64,000 nucleotides of DNA from Octopus sinensis (lineage: Eukaryota). Below the pieces are notes generated by a model. The model was not told the DNA's origin. It made no database searches and saw nothing but the letters and a program-made list of their open reading frames with translations. The stretch is from the NCBI RefSeq assembly GCF_006345805.1, contig NC_043013.1:33542001-33606000 (forward strand), read 5' to 3'. The position numbers were made by a program, and so were the translations under genes. Below, piece after piece: positions 13,452-26,134 of the stretch (the first letter of the stretch is position 1; every line of letters begins with the position of its first letter).

Positions 13452-15237
13452 ATATGCACGCATTTTATATATCATATTTGCAGTAATATACACACTTGCT
13501 TATACACACACACACATATATATAGTGCATATATCAAGGTCCACACACCCACCCACTCACACACACATGTATAGACATGCAGCTATGTATATGTGTGTGT
13601 GGGTATATTTATTTAACGTATGGTCATGAGGGAATGCTGGATATACGGTGTTATTGATGTGTTCATCATATTTTGTGGTAAAGCAAAGGCGGTGAATTAG
13701 GAGACTCGTTGGAGCGTTGAACAGAATGCCACACTTTTTTTGCCTTACCTTCTACGGCTGAAGTACAAATCTCATCAAAGTAAATTCATCTCTTCATCCT
13801 GATAAGTCTGATAAAAAATATATATGAATCGAAGGTAGTGGGATGGCTGGACTGTTTGGGGATAGGAAAATATGTTATCTGATTCAGAGGTTTCTGTTCT
13901 GACAGCTGAAACTGTGACATCGCTAGGGCCAGTTTTTATCGGTGTAAATCAACGGAAATTTCCCTTGGTTAATTGTCGGTGACATGATAGAAAATGAAGA
14001 CTAGTATACATGGGTGACTGCCGGTTTGCCTTAAAACTTATTTTGTTCAGAAGAACGCATACTAGTGTAGGGGCATGGTCATCCTTGACTGACGGAGGAC
14101 GCCGTCTAAGGGGTTTGTGCAGGTAGGGGTGGTTCTCTTCTATCAGACTTACCAAGTGCAATTCAAGTAACTTGCACACATTTCTGACGGGATGCACTAT
14201 GCAGTCATAAGCATCTTAACACATTTATCTAAATCCATGCCAAACTAGAGGCAATCATAGCTTTCTTTTCTCCATCTCGCTTATATTTTTATCAAATTGA
14301 CTCAACTTTGATAACAGAAATTTTGTTTCTGTTTTGATTCTGTGCATGAATGCTTACTCCTGGATTTGATTTGTATTTGTTATCCGGTTCTTTTCTATCC
14401 GAGTAAATTTGCTGCCGAGGTAAAAATTTTGTCTTCTATTCTTTCGGGTTCAGCAAAATAAAGTACCAATCTAGTATTGGTATCCAATAGTAGCGACTAG
14501 CCCCATCCTTTCCAAAATGCTGACTTTATGATTAAATTAATAACAATTACAATCACTTGGGATATTGCTGAGTGATAGTTTATCAAACGAGAGCTTTAAA
14601 TAAGAAAATAAGCGTAAATGGTTAATTAGTAAAAAGATTCGCTGTTACTTTTGCTTAGCCGCGATTCAGCGTTGACGGAGAAGAAATAGAATCGAACGCG
14701 TTCTAGTTAAGAACATTGTGGTATCTGACATTTTGCCTCTTTACTTATACTTAAGATTACGTTACCGGATGCCCTTCCTCATTTTCAAGACTGTAAAGGG
14801 TGTTTCAATAGACATTTGGCAGTTGTGTCCAGCAAACGTAGACACTGTAAAGAAGCTTCGATAACTCTTCTTCAAAAATAAAACAAAACTGAAACACAAG
14901 CCCCTTGCTGTAAAATTCATTGATTCCTGTTTTGGGGAGCTTTCGGACTGATGCAGTTGATCAAAGGCGAAAATACATTTATATACACATAATACTGTAA
15001 ATATTTGTATGGTTATATATCTGAGCGTGTCTGCGTATCTGTTTGTAAGTATAAGTCATAAATGAGCATTTATAATTCACCATCATCACCTTGTGTAATT
15101 TCGACAATTAATATTCCAGTTGTTCGTTCAGCAATTGATATTGTTAAGTAAATAATATTGATTCATATTCTAATCACCTGAGTATTTCCACAGGTTTATA
15201 CACACAAACAATATTCTCAGGCTACATCATTGTAATT

Positions 15238-15575
15238 GTGCTGGGGTAGGATAGGTGCGATACTTTGAATAGGTAGGATCAAGGCGACACAGTTCATACT
15301 ATGGTTAACATGATACTGTGCTGAATCAGGGTTAGAGTTAATCGGAGTTCAAGCAAGATTAGCGTAATATTAGACATAAGCAAAATCAACGTATCAGTGG
15401 GCCCTGGCAGAATCAACGTGACACTATACTCAATCAAGATCAACGTGATACTGTTCTCAAGAGGGACCGACGTAATGCATTGTATGGACAGTCTGTACTG
15501 CTAGGATCAACGTGACACTGAACTCAGGCAAGATCAGTGTGAAGTCCCGCTCAGGCAAGATCAGTGTGACGCTTT
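15238..15575. repeat. Degenerate 27-bp minisatellite, about 12 units, consensus near CTCAGGCAAGATCAACGTGACACTGTG
   Basis: Units such as CCCTGGCAGAATCAACGTGACACTATA, CTCAATCAAGATCAACGTGATACTGTT, CTCAGGCAAGATCAGTGTGAAGTCCCG and CTCAGGCAAGATCAGTGTGACGCTTTA recur at about 27-bp spacing. Confidence 0.7.
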
Positions 15576-15924
15576 ATGTAAAAGAGCTGAATATATAAAT
15601 TACAGTACAGTCCATTGAAGAGGTTTCGCACTAATTCCATTTACCCAAGTTGCCTCAAAATGTAAGGATCATTACGAGTTTATAGTGAAAACACTAACTC
15701 AAATGGCCACACTTCTGATCACAATGACGTCTCAGGTTTGCAAAGAGAAGTTCTTTAAATTTTTGCCATGTCTGTTTCCTATTTACAATATATACAACAA
15801 TTTTAAGTCAAAACTATTATTGTATTTCTTAAGTACTCTACATGCAAGTAATTAGATATCAACTTATTAGTATAGGCAGGGCCATTAAATGTCTGAAATA
15901 AATTCAGGACTTCTTTTTCTGTTT

Positions 15925-17767
15925 GCGTACCAAATTTCGCCGAATGTACTTCACAAGACACTGAGATAAGAATGCTTCAGTTATGAATACAAAATCGCGG
16001 CAAATGCCAGTAGCAATCCAAAAACCTTCTTTGCCCATGTCCAGCGGAATTCCCGCTTGAACAACCAGATTGCAACGTTGGTAGATTCAACAGGCGTATC
16101 GATTGAGGACCCTTATCAACAGAGTCAATTATTTGCCGAGGCTTTTTCAACTATTTTCAACGAGATGATGGTCGTGAACCCCCTCCATTTGATAGATCGG
16201 TACCTCCAATGCTTCGATTGGTCATCACGCGGGACGAAGTCAAACGTGTTATTCAAGGCCTCGATGTCAACAAGGGTCACGGCCCTGACGGCATACACCC
16301 ACAGGTTATCAAAGCGTTGGCTCCGGTCATCTGCGAGCCCTTAACACGACTATTCAATATGTCATTGGCGACGGGTGTTATACCTGCAGACAGAGAACAG
16401 CGATAATCTGCCCAATTTTCAAGAAAGGGAGCCGCGAAGACCCGCTTAACTACCGACCGGTTTCCCTTACATCAATAATCAGCAAGATGTTCGAAACCAT
16501 CCTTAAGAAAAGTATGATGCTCCACCTCCTAAACGCAGCCTCTATCTCCGATTCCCAACACGGCTTCGTGCCGAAGAGATCATGCTTGACCAACTTACTA
16601 GTAATGGAAGAATTGGTGACGTGCATCCTCGATGATAGTGATGCTGTTGACATCGTTTTATTGGACTTTGCCAAAGCTTTTGACTCGGCAAACCACCGCC
16701 TATTACTTGTCAAGCTTCAAGCATATAGTTTCCATCCGGATATTGTACGATGGGTTGGTGCCTTCCTCTCAGATCGCTCCTTCCAAGTCCAAGTTAATGG
16801 TTCGCGGTCCGACGTCTCCAGTGCGAGCAGTGGCGTGCCTCAAGGTTCAGTGCTTGGGCCCTTGATGTTCTTAGTCTTCATAAATGACTTGCCCAACGAC
16901 CTCACGCAACACACCCTTCTATTTGCCGACGATATCAAACTGGTCGCTCCTCGCGTCGATGCCTCCACCAAATTTGGAAGTGGTCTAACGATTGGGACCT
17001 GTGTCTGAACGTGTCAAAGTGCTGTCATCTGCCTGTCGGCTCTACTCCTGCAACTCAACTTGATTTCGAGCCGGGTCGTCTGCTGCTGGAGAGGACCGAT
17101 CAGGTAAAGGACCTGGGTATCTTGGTGGATTCCTCCTTTTCGCCTTCGGCCCAGTGCGTCCATGCTGCCAACAAAGCACGCGGAATTCTGTTCTTGATTC
17201 CACGGTCATTCGGAATGCTCACAGCAGCCATATTCCTACCACTCTATGTCACGCTGGTGAGACCCATATTGGAGTATGGGATTCAAGCCTCTTCTCCTTA
17301 TCTCCTCAAAGACATACAGCATCTCGAAAGAGTCCAGAAGCTGGCTACCCGCATGGTTCATGGTCTCAAAAATTTGTCCTACGAAGAAAGGCTGAGGACG
17401 CTCGACCTTTATTCTCTTGAAAAACGCCGCCGCCGTGGTGATCTCATTCTCGCCCACAACATCATAAGCGGAAAGTGTAACCTCTCGAAAGAGCTGTTCT
17501 TCACTCCTGCTCCAGAGCGTCAGCTGCGGGGTCATTCCGAAAAGCTCTACCTGCGACGATTTCATCTCAATCGAAGGAGAGGAGCTTTCTCCGTCTGGGT
17601 TGCGGATCCGTGGAACAAGCTGCCAGACGAGATGGTGAAGATGCAGACGACCGCTTTGTTCAAAGCCTCCCTGGACCTCAAGTGGCCTGAACTCTTTACA
17701 TGAACACCACCCTGTACTTAACTCCATGTCCCCCTACATGGCCTTGCTATTTGCTTTTGAGCCAAAT

Positions 17768-17826
<59 letters not shown>
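15925..17826 (+). mobile_element. 5'-truncated CR1-like LINE (RT pseudogene, frameshifted) with (TAAC)n tail
   Basis: ORF pieces 16057-17703 contain KGHGPDGIHP, PIFKKGSREDPLNYRPVSLTS, QHGFVPKRSCLTNLL, LDFAKAFDS, SGVPQGSVLGP, LFADDIKL, KDLGILVD and LERVQKLATRMV. A short 3' UTR is followed by (TAAC) x about 14 at 17768-17824. Confidence 0.92.
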
Positions 17827-18549
17827 ATATATAACTATCAGTCCTATGGTTAATGTTGTTGGAAGTCATAATTATCTCCCAATTGGCAGATTATTTTAAA
17901 CTATGAAAGAACCACGAAATAATCATTAGAAAATTTTGGTACTTTATGGAAGACATGGTAAAACAGTGGCCAAAATGTATTGCAATATACAGTTATATAC
18001 CTTTTCCTAGCACTTATATTAAGTACAAGATGTCAATTTTCAAATTTTATATATTTTAGTGTAAATAACACAATAAATATAAAATTAATAAAAGCTAATT
18101 ATTTACGTAAAACGAGAGTAAGTGTAAATATACAATTTGTTAATATTTTGTGAGTGGCCTGCGTTCAAATTGAGAGTGGGTGACTAACTGGATGCTCTTG
18201 TGATATTAGATCGGCTGGTGCAGGAACTATAACTCACACGGGCCTCGTCGAATTCTTCATATAGAAACATAGATGTGGCTCCGCACGTGCGTGTAAAGAG
18301 GTGAAATACCGTTAGAGACAGAAAGATAGATCGATAGATAGATACATATAGAGAGAGAGGGAAAGAAAGAGAGAGTGTGAGAGGAACGGAGAGTTATTAA
18401 TTTTTTTAAATTCTAGAAAACACGAAATAAGAATATTGGAGGTAGCGTTCATGATTGTGTCGACCCATATCTTTAAAAAGATGCTCGATGGGTGGAACGA
18501 CAATAGCTATGAAGATAGCTATGTGTGTTAGCGAATGACACAATGTAAA

Positions 18550-19975
18550 CGAGGCGATATCAAAAAGTCCGCGGCTTAGTTATGATTAATAAAAAAAATA
18601 ACTTATTAACCTAAGTTTTAACATCATCTTCAAAATAGTCACCTTGCGCAGTACTTTGGGATTCAGGCCTTGAAATCGTTTTCCGTATGCGAGTCGAGGA
18701 CCTTCTGTGATTCGCCAGTGTTAAAACTGAGACCTTTGAAGTGCATTTTCATCTAGGGGAAATGATGAATGTCTGCAGGAGCTAGATCTGGTGAATAGGG
18801 TAGGTGCGGAAGGAATACCATGTTGATTTTGGCGAGAAAGTCACGAATGAGGCGAGCTTGGTGACATTGTCGTCGTGAAGAATCCTATTCATCGCGTTCC
18901 ACAGATCTGGTCACTATCGCCAAATGTCTTCCCTCAAACGTTTCAAAATGCCGCAGTAAAACTCTCAATCGACGGCCTGGCCCTGTGGGACGAGTTCTCG
19001 ATGTACAATACCAGCGCCATGCCAGGAAGCTGAACCACTTTCATATAATACTCCTCAGAAAACTTCTCGGCATAAAGTGGCAGGACAGGATCTCGGGCAC
19101 CGAGGTACTAATACGTGCTAACGTGCCCAGTATCCATACCTTCTTGATGTAGTCTCAACTTCGCTGGGCAGGGCACGTAGCTCGCATGTCAGACGATCGA
19201 TAGCCAAAAAGATTGCTCTTTGGTGAGGTGCAAAAGGGAAAGCACTCACAAAGCGGCCAGAAGAAGCACTTTAAGGACAGACTGAAAGCCTTGGGAGCAG
19301 TCTGCTCTAGACAGAGAAGGGTGGCGACCAGCTGTCCACATGGGTGCTAACACATGGGAAACCAATAGGATCGCTGCTGCAGAAGACCGCAGACAAGCCA
19401 GCAAGAACAAAGCTAACAACCATGTAGCAGGCGCTACCATTCCCTATCCACACTGTCAAAGACTCTCTCGGGCGCAGATTGGCCTCACTAGCCATCTGCG
19501 GACTCAAAAAACAAGTCCACCTCAACTCCGATATGACTAGATGGTCTTCGTCGCATCGACGGACAAACTACACACAATACCACGGATGTCGGAAAAAAGC
19601 AATGAGCATGCTCCTGACTGAGCTGCGGTTCTGACGTGCACCCGTGTCTCTCAAAACATTGCGTACGACCCAATGCCTTATCGTTGTAAACTGCCGAAGC
19701 ATGCTCGATATCTCTGTAGCAGACTTTCCAAGATTAACATAAAATTTCACGTTGGCTCTTTGTTCCAACTTTCTGTCCAGGACAAAAATCGTAGACTACA
19801 GCATCCACGTGATCACAAAAATGCAAATATCACAACTTGCAAAGTAAAAACAGTGATGACACTCAGCACACTGCCTCATTAATGCTAATGCGTTCTCTCA
19901 AGTTGCACGCGCCCATGTGCTGCTATCTGTTGGCGCGCCACAGAACTAGTACGGGAACTTTTTGAAATCACCTCG
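18550..19975 (-). mobile_element. Internally deleted mariner transposon interrupted by an RTE insertion
   Basis: TIRs CGAGGCGATATCAAAAAGT (18550) and its near reverse complement ending 19975, followed by TA. Minus-strand MEQRANVKF..LGKSATE, LIAFF-DIRGIVHRELVPQGQ (split by the insertion) and PHLPYSPDLAPAD. Confidence 0.9.
19014..19573 (+). mobile_element. 5'-truncated RTE (BovB-like) 3' end nested in the mariner, 9-bp TSD
   Basis: ARKLNHFH..LRKLLGIKWQDRI, QLRWAGHVARM, RAQIGLTSHLRT. ACAATACCA is duplicated at 19005-19013 and 19574-19582. Confidence 0.9.
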
Positions 19976-20779
19976 TATGTATGTATGTGTGTGTATGTAT
20001 GATTGTGTATCTTTCTGTGTGTACGTGTGTGTGTGTGTGTACCTATATGTGAGTAAAGAGAAGGAGAGAGAAAGAGAGAAGAAAAAGAAAGAGAGAAAGA
20101 AAGAAGAAAAAGAGAGAGAGAAAGAGAGAAGGAGAGAGATTAAGAAAGAGAGAAAGTGATGAGTAAGTTCGTGCGTACGTGAGCATGTTGTTCAGTGAGT
20201 GTATCTGCAAACTACATAATATTATATTTATTTCTCTATTACTTAAGGACTATTTAAGTTTGTCAGAGACAGATTAAGAGGCCGCAGAAATCTAAAGCCG
20301 AATAGACGCAGACATTCCTGCTGTTCGTCCTTGATTAGTGTGCAGGAAGCAATGTATTAATCAATTTGAAAAGGAAGAAATATTGCAAAGCTCGAAGTTT
20401 CATGCCAAGACTACGTAATATCGCTGATCAAACATCTTGCGATGCAAAACTTGGGAAATTGGCGGAACTAAACCGGCAGCATAATAATAGTAAAGGATAG
20501 TTAACACCAAGAGATTGATACACTTGTATTAGTATTTCTTAGTATGTATTGATTTGATTGTGTTGTTTCATGTGTGTACTTTGGCTAGTGGATCACTGAT
20601 GAGTGATTATGTAAACACTAGCTTAACTCTAGAAACTGTTTGTACACATTCACTTTAGCTGAAGGCTATTAACTGGCGTTGGCTTTCTTTGGTGGAAATG
20701 ACGTTGTAGATTTATCAGAAGCATGGGTAATGAAGACGCAGAAAGAGAGTAAAAGAAAGAAACAAAAATAATTAAATAT

Positions 20780-20809
20780 ATAACTAATAATAATAACAAC
20801 AACAACAAC

Positions 20810-20879
<70 letters not shown>

Positions 20880-20980
20880 AAGCAGAAGAAGAAGAAGAAG
20901 AAGAAGAAGAAGAAGAAGAAGAAGAAGAAGAAGAAGAAGAAGAAGAAGAAGAAGAGCAACAACAACAGCAACAACAGTAA
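20780..20980. repeat. Compound triplet mosaic TAA-CAA-TAG-GAA-CAA
   Basis: Directly visible consecutive triplet runs. Confidence 0.9.
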
Positions 20981-21712
20981 ATGGATAAATAAACCAGGCA
21001 ATGAAGGAAGGACGGAAGTAGTCGGACAGAAACCATTTTTAGAGACGCATATAATTACCACATGACTAATTGATTGTGTTTCGTATTACCGCAAGGCGTT
21101 TTTTTTGTTTCTTCTTTCCTTTTTCCTATTGGTTGACAACTACATGAGTAATTGTGGCCTAGTGTATTACTAGTATTCAAATTACAAAGCCAAAGGAGAG
21201 TGAAGGAGAGTAGTAAAGCATAAAGAATATTACCCATGCCGAAATCTTGAACTTTTAACATTGAAAATTGTTCACTTGAGATAATTCACAGAAGCCGTGC
21301 TAGGATATTATATTTGAGTATATATTATTGTGTTGTACGATATATTAAAGAGGTGGTGGTGGATGAGTCGCCAGTAAAATGCCTTACAGTATGAAGCTGT
21401 GTTCTTATACGTGGTAAGTTCAAATTTTGTAAAGGTCGAATTTCCAGTATCATAATTGAGGTGCTGATAAAATATTTACCATCGACCAAAATGTGTGTCA
21501 CTTTGTTGCAATAATAAGAATTAATATATATTTTCATATTTGAAGACAGAACAGCCAATACAAACATGCACACACACACACACACACACATGCATGCATA
21601 AATACATATGCATATACATATAAATGCGTTTGTGCTTTTGCATGGGTTTGAGTGCAAATCCGTATGAATGCCTGTATCCATGCGTCACATCACAGACACA
21701 CACACACACACA

Positions 21713-21753
<41 letters not shown>

Positions 21754-21967
21754 GCGCGCACACACACACACTTACAGATATGGATACATATATACACATA
21801 AAGACACATGAACTAATTTGAATATGAAATATAAAGTAAGACGTGGCAGAGCAATAATAAACTGGAAATCAGCAATGGAACTAAAAAGGTAAATGCAAAG
21901 GAAAGATTGAAATACTTCGAGGAAGTGGATTAAAACATCATTTACTGATATGCCTCTCTTTTCTACT

Positions 21968-22330
21968 CTAGGCACACGGCCTGAAATTTTGTGGGAGGGG
22001 TCAGTCGATTAGATCGAACCTAGTATGCAACTGCTACTAAATTTATCGACTCCGAAAGAATGAAAGGCAAAGTCATCTTCGGCGGAATTTGAACTCAGAA
22101 CGTAACGGTAGACGAAATACCTATTTCTTTACTACCCACAAGGGGATAAACGCGGGGAGGACAAACAAGGACATACACACGGATTAAGTCGATTAGCTCG
22201 ACCCCAGTGGGTAACTGGTACTTAATTTATCGAGCCCGAAAGGATGAAAGGCAAAGTCGACCACGGCGGAATTTGAACTCAGAACGTAACGGCGTGCTAA
22301 CGATTCTACTAAGCTCATCGCCTTATCATT
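21968..22330 (-). mobile_element. tRNA-derived SINE family B, head-to-tail dimer
   Basis: Two copies of GAAAGG.TGAAAGGCAAAGTC...GGCGGAATTTGAACTCAGAACG. Junction GACGAAATAC|CTATTTCTTT at 22120/22121. Confidence 0.85.
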
Positions 22331-22604
22331 TACTTATATTATTGGACAAAGCCATTAGAGCGTCGAAGAACATGCTCTACTATATTTCAGTTTTTTAACT
22401 TTTTCAGGTTCGAACGAAAACGTTCTCAGTTCAGACTTCACTCACGCCAAGTTTGTCTTCCAAGTTTCTGAGGTCGATAAAATATGGCACTCGTACTAAA
22501 TTCAGTCCTTGTGTTTGCAGTGAGCAGGATTATTACTGATCAAAATCCTAAATCAGAATGTATAGGTGTTGTTATTATTATTATTATTATTATTATTCCG
22601 TAGA

Positions 22605-22995
22605 TGAAGGCAGCGAGCGGGCAGAATCATTACCATGCCGGAAAAAAAAAAACTTAGTGACATTTCTTCGCCGACTTTATCTTTCATCCTTTCAGAGTTG
22701 ATAAATTAAGTACCAGTTGCGTAGTGGGGTCGATTTAATCGACTGACCCCCTCCCCCAAAATTTCGGGCCTTCTGCTTACAGTAGAAAAGATTATTATTA
22801 TTCCGTAGTTGAAATCGACGAGCTAGCAGAATCTTTGCCATGCCGGAAAAAAAAACTTAGCGACATTTCTTCCGACTTTACGTTCTGCGTTTAAATGCCG
22901 CCTGGGTCGATAAAATAATTACCAGATGAATTCTAGGGTCAATGTCATCTTCTTAGCCCGCTCCCCGAAATTGCTGGCCTTATGCCAAAATTTGA
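22605..22995 (+). mobile_element. Two degraded SINE family B copies
   Basis: GGCAGCGAGC.GGCAGAATC heads at about 22608 and 22815, with core CTTTCATCCTTTC...GATAAATTAAGTACCAG. Confidence 0.7.
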
Positions 22996-23364
22996 AACCA
23001 TAATTATTCTGTGGCTTTAATTTTATTCAATTCTTCTCATTCATCATTACAGGGTACTCTGAGTGCCTTGTGTAAATCACATAGTATTTTCTATATTCTT
23101 TTTCTTTCGTTGTTCTTCTGAACCGAAAACAATCCGCTACAATGTATGTACGATGTCATGTTGCGTTTTCTTCTGAATAATGAGCACATTTTAGTTATGA
23201 ATTTGTGCGATTATTTTGAATCATTTCCGAGGTAAATATTATTGCATGGATTTTTTTCTCCCTCAAATTCGACGTATCGCAAATTTCAGATGTTTTTAAT
23301 TGAATAAAAATTTCATTCAGAAATACGTTATAAAATATAGATGTATGTATCTTTCTAAATCTTT

Positions 23365-23525
23365 TTACTTGTTTCAGTCATTAGACAGCGACCATGCTGG
23401 AGTACGGCATTGAAAAATAATACTTGAACGAATCGATTCTAGTACCTATTTTCTTAAAGCCAGGCACTTATTTCCTCATTCTCTGTTATCGAACTGCTAG
23501 GTTACGGGGACGTAAACACACCAGT
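23365..23525 (-). mobile_element. SINE family A 3' body fragment
   Basis: ACTTGTTTCAGTCATT.GAC.GCG.CCATGCTGGAG matches 26846-26900 and 53575-53620. Confidence 0.7.
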
Positions 23526-23564
23526 ATCATATATATATATATAGAATACTCTAGTATTGCATTA

Positions 23565-23605
<41 letters not shown>

Positions 23606-23932
23606 AATATGAGGAGTTTAGTTCACATGTGACCTAAACCAATAGGTACACTGGGTAAGTGCAATAGTTGGCCGACCGTTAGGTTCCAAGATCACAGCTA
23701 AGGCTGGATCTAGGGATCCGTATTAGGGTTCCGTTATAGTAAGTATTTATTCCATTGAAGTACCAACCAGCATCCACATCCTCTGAAAAAAGATGAGCTG
23801 TGAACATTATTCTCCTGCCTGTATTTTTCTAACTACTTTTACTCTTTATTCTTCTATAATATATTTTTTATAAACTGTGAATTTTATTCCTTGTAAACTG
23901 TAAGTTTGCCTTGTCTAAAATATTCATACTTT

Positions 23933-24008
23933 GTCTCTGATGACGGAATACACAGTGTATGGACATGCTAACCTACCACCTGGATTATCTCCGAAACGGC
24001 TGTAAGAC
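23933..24008 (+). ncRNA. Type I hammerhead ribozyme-like motif
   Basis: Stem I GTCT(23933)/AGAC(24005), core CTGATGA (23937-23943), stem II GGAATA/TATCTCC, GAAAC (23993), loop GGCT, cleavage triplet GTA (24002-24004). Confidence 0.6.
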
Positions 24009-24049
24009 TCTAAATTAAATTATTCTGCCTTTGTTTTGGTTTTCCTCTA

Positions 24050-24068
24050 ATGTAATATAATATAATAT

Positions 24069-24137
<69 letters not shown>

Positions 24138-24171
24138 TATATATATACATATATATATACATATATATATA

Positions 24172-24210
<39 letters not shown>

Positions 24211-24225
24211 TATATATATATAATT
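24050..24225. repeat. (TA)n tract
   Basis: Long interrupted TA run. Confidence 0.95.
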
Positions 24226-26134
24226 TACACTTGATGCATTCTCTCTTACGTACGCAAATACATATACTCATAATTCATACTGCCATCCTTTTCTCTCCCC
24301 CTCTCTCTCTCTCTCTTTATATATATATATATAATTATATATACATACACACCATACGCGGCTTAAACACTACAGTAACCTAAATCAACTGATTGAAAAG
24401 CTACGTTGTCTGAAGCTATCGAGATAAGTAAAACCTCCCTTTGAGATAATGCATCATGCTTAAAGCTGTCACCATGCTGAACTCTTCTACTACTTGAGTA
24501 TTTCTAACCGAATTAATGGCCAATGTGACTAAATAGCATTCTACTAGTCCTGCAGCTTTGTATTAATATATATTTCTTTAGTGTCGTATTTATGTTTTTA
24601 CATATGGAAATTAAACACTACACAACGTTTATGTTATCTAAAGATATCTTGATGTGATAAAGACAAAGGTGACACACGCCTTGCTTCCTTGCAATGAAAA
24701 TAGTATTGGTAGTAGTTTTTGTGCTGTGATAATTGTTGTGTAGAATTATCTTCTGGGCGTCGAAGTTCTTTTGCCATTTATTACTCTGAGAAATATATTC
24801 ACTTTGCTTGTCTTCCAATCTCGGATCCCCTGCGGCAATGAGATTCTTTGTATATGCAAAAACGACAGCTCAACAAATAAATTCAAATTAGCACTTCTTA
24901 ATAAAATGTTAGAATACGAAAGCTGTTTGAAAATATTGTTATCTCTGCTACGGCTTTAAGTGAGATCATATTGATGTATCGGCTGTAAATAGTTAACGCT
25001 ACATCTTTACGAGAACAAGTCTTGCCATAGTTGTATCTCAAAATTTAAATTAAAACATACATTTGCTAAAGTGATGAAATTTACTATATTGTATTATTAC
25101 AACCAGAAGAAATGGTAAAGAGCTTCCAGTCCTTCACTTGCCTTTGACCTATCCCAATAAAAATAAAATCATGAAATGTGCATAACATGAAAAGTGAGAT
25201 TAAACAAGAAAGCTGAAATGAAATACAATTTAAATGTATAAAATTGTACAGTTTATTTGCATATCTGTTGAAGCAAATTTCTCTAGTGTATTTGATTGAA
25301 TTTATCTTCTACGCCGCGTGTACTGTAGCTAATGGTTGTAAATAAATTGATTAAGCGTTACACAAATGGAGTTACCAGTAAGGATGACTTCAACAGATTA
25401 AGACTGTTAATACATTTATTTGTAAATAGGAAAAAAATAATGAATCTATCTTTTGGGCTGGCTACAGCGGTTTACATATGTAACTAAATTGATTTTGATA
25501 AATGCGAATGAATATGTTATGGTAATTTCAACAATACAAGTTTTGTTATTGAAGCTCTGTTCAGTACAGATTTAGCAGATTCATGCGCAAAGACGTTTTA
25601 CTTTTTTTCTTTTTCGGGTATTATAGTCAAACATTACGTTTTGGTTTACATTGTACAATCCATTCTATATTTTCTTTAAAGACTTTAGAAGATGTTATAA
25701 TATTTCAATCACATAGAGATCAACTATCGAGCGTACTCTACGAGGCTGACAACAATAACTTGATTAAGTGGGTGCTACCATACTTGATAAATGCTTTCAT
25801 TAATACATTTTACTGCTTTGGTAGTTTCTAATGAATAAGAACTAAGCTACACAACTCCCTTTTGATAGATTTGTATTCCTTCACAGAGCAACATACCAAG
25901 AAGATTAGAAACTAGTTCAATTGGCATGTGAAGTTATAACTGTACGCTGATATATGAAACAAGCTATATCTGTCACTACTTTTCAAATTACCTGAAACGA
26001 CGTTGTGTAGCAACGTGGAGTTGATCGAGGGAGTGAGCATATACATTTGACCATCGAAACAAATTATTTGTGCACATCGTTCAGCAAAAACTGAACGCTC
26101 ACACAACAGTTTCATTATACTATATTAAAAAATA

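Noticed and set aside
13749-13808. Minus-strand segment with a strong acceptor and an AAG|GTAAGG donor
   Set aside because: Stops in all frames. It could only be a UTR or non-coding exon, which cannot be supported from sequence alone.
14051-14200. Candidate 72-nt plus exon (14051-14122) and a neighbouring minus-strand TTG|GTAAGT donor
   Set aside because: The peptides were not recognised, the two readings compete, and both are at chance level.
20659-20726. AG...GT-bounded 68-nt segment
   Set aside because: Stops in all three frames.
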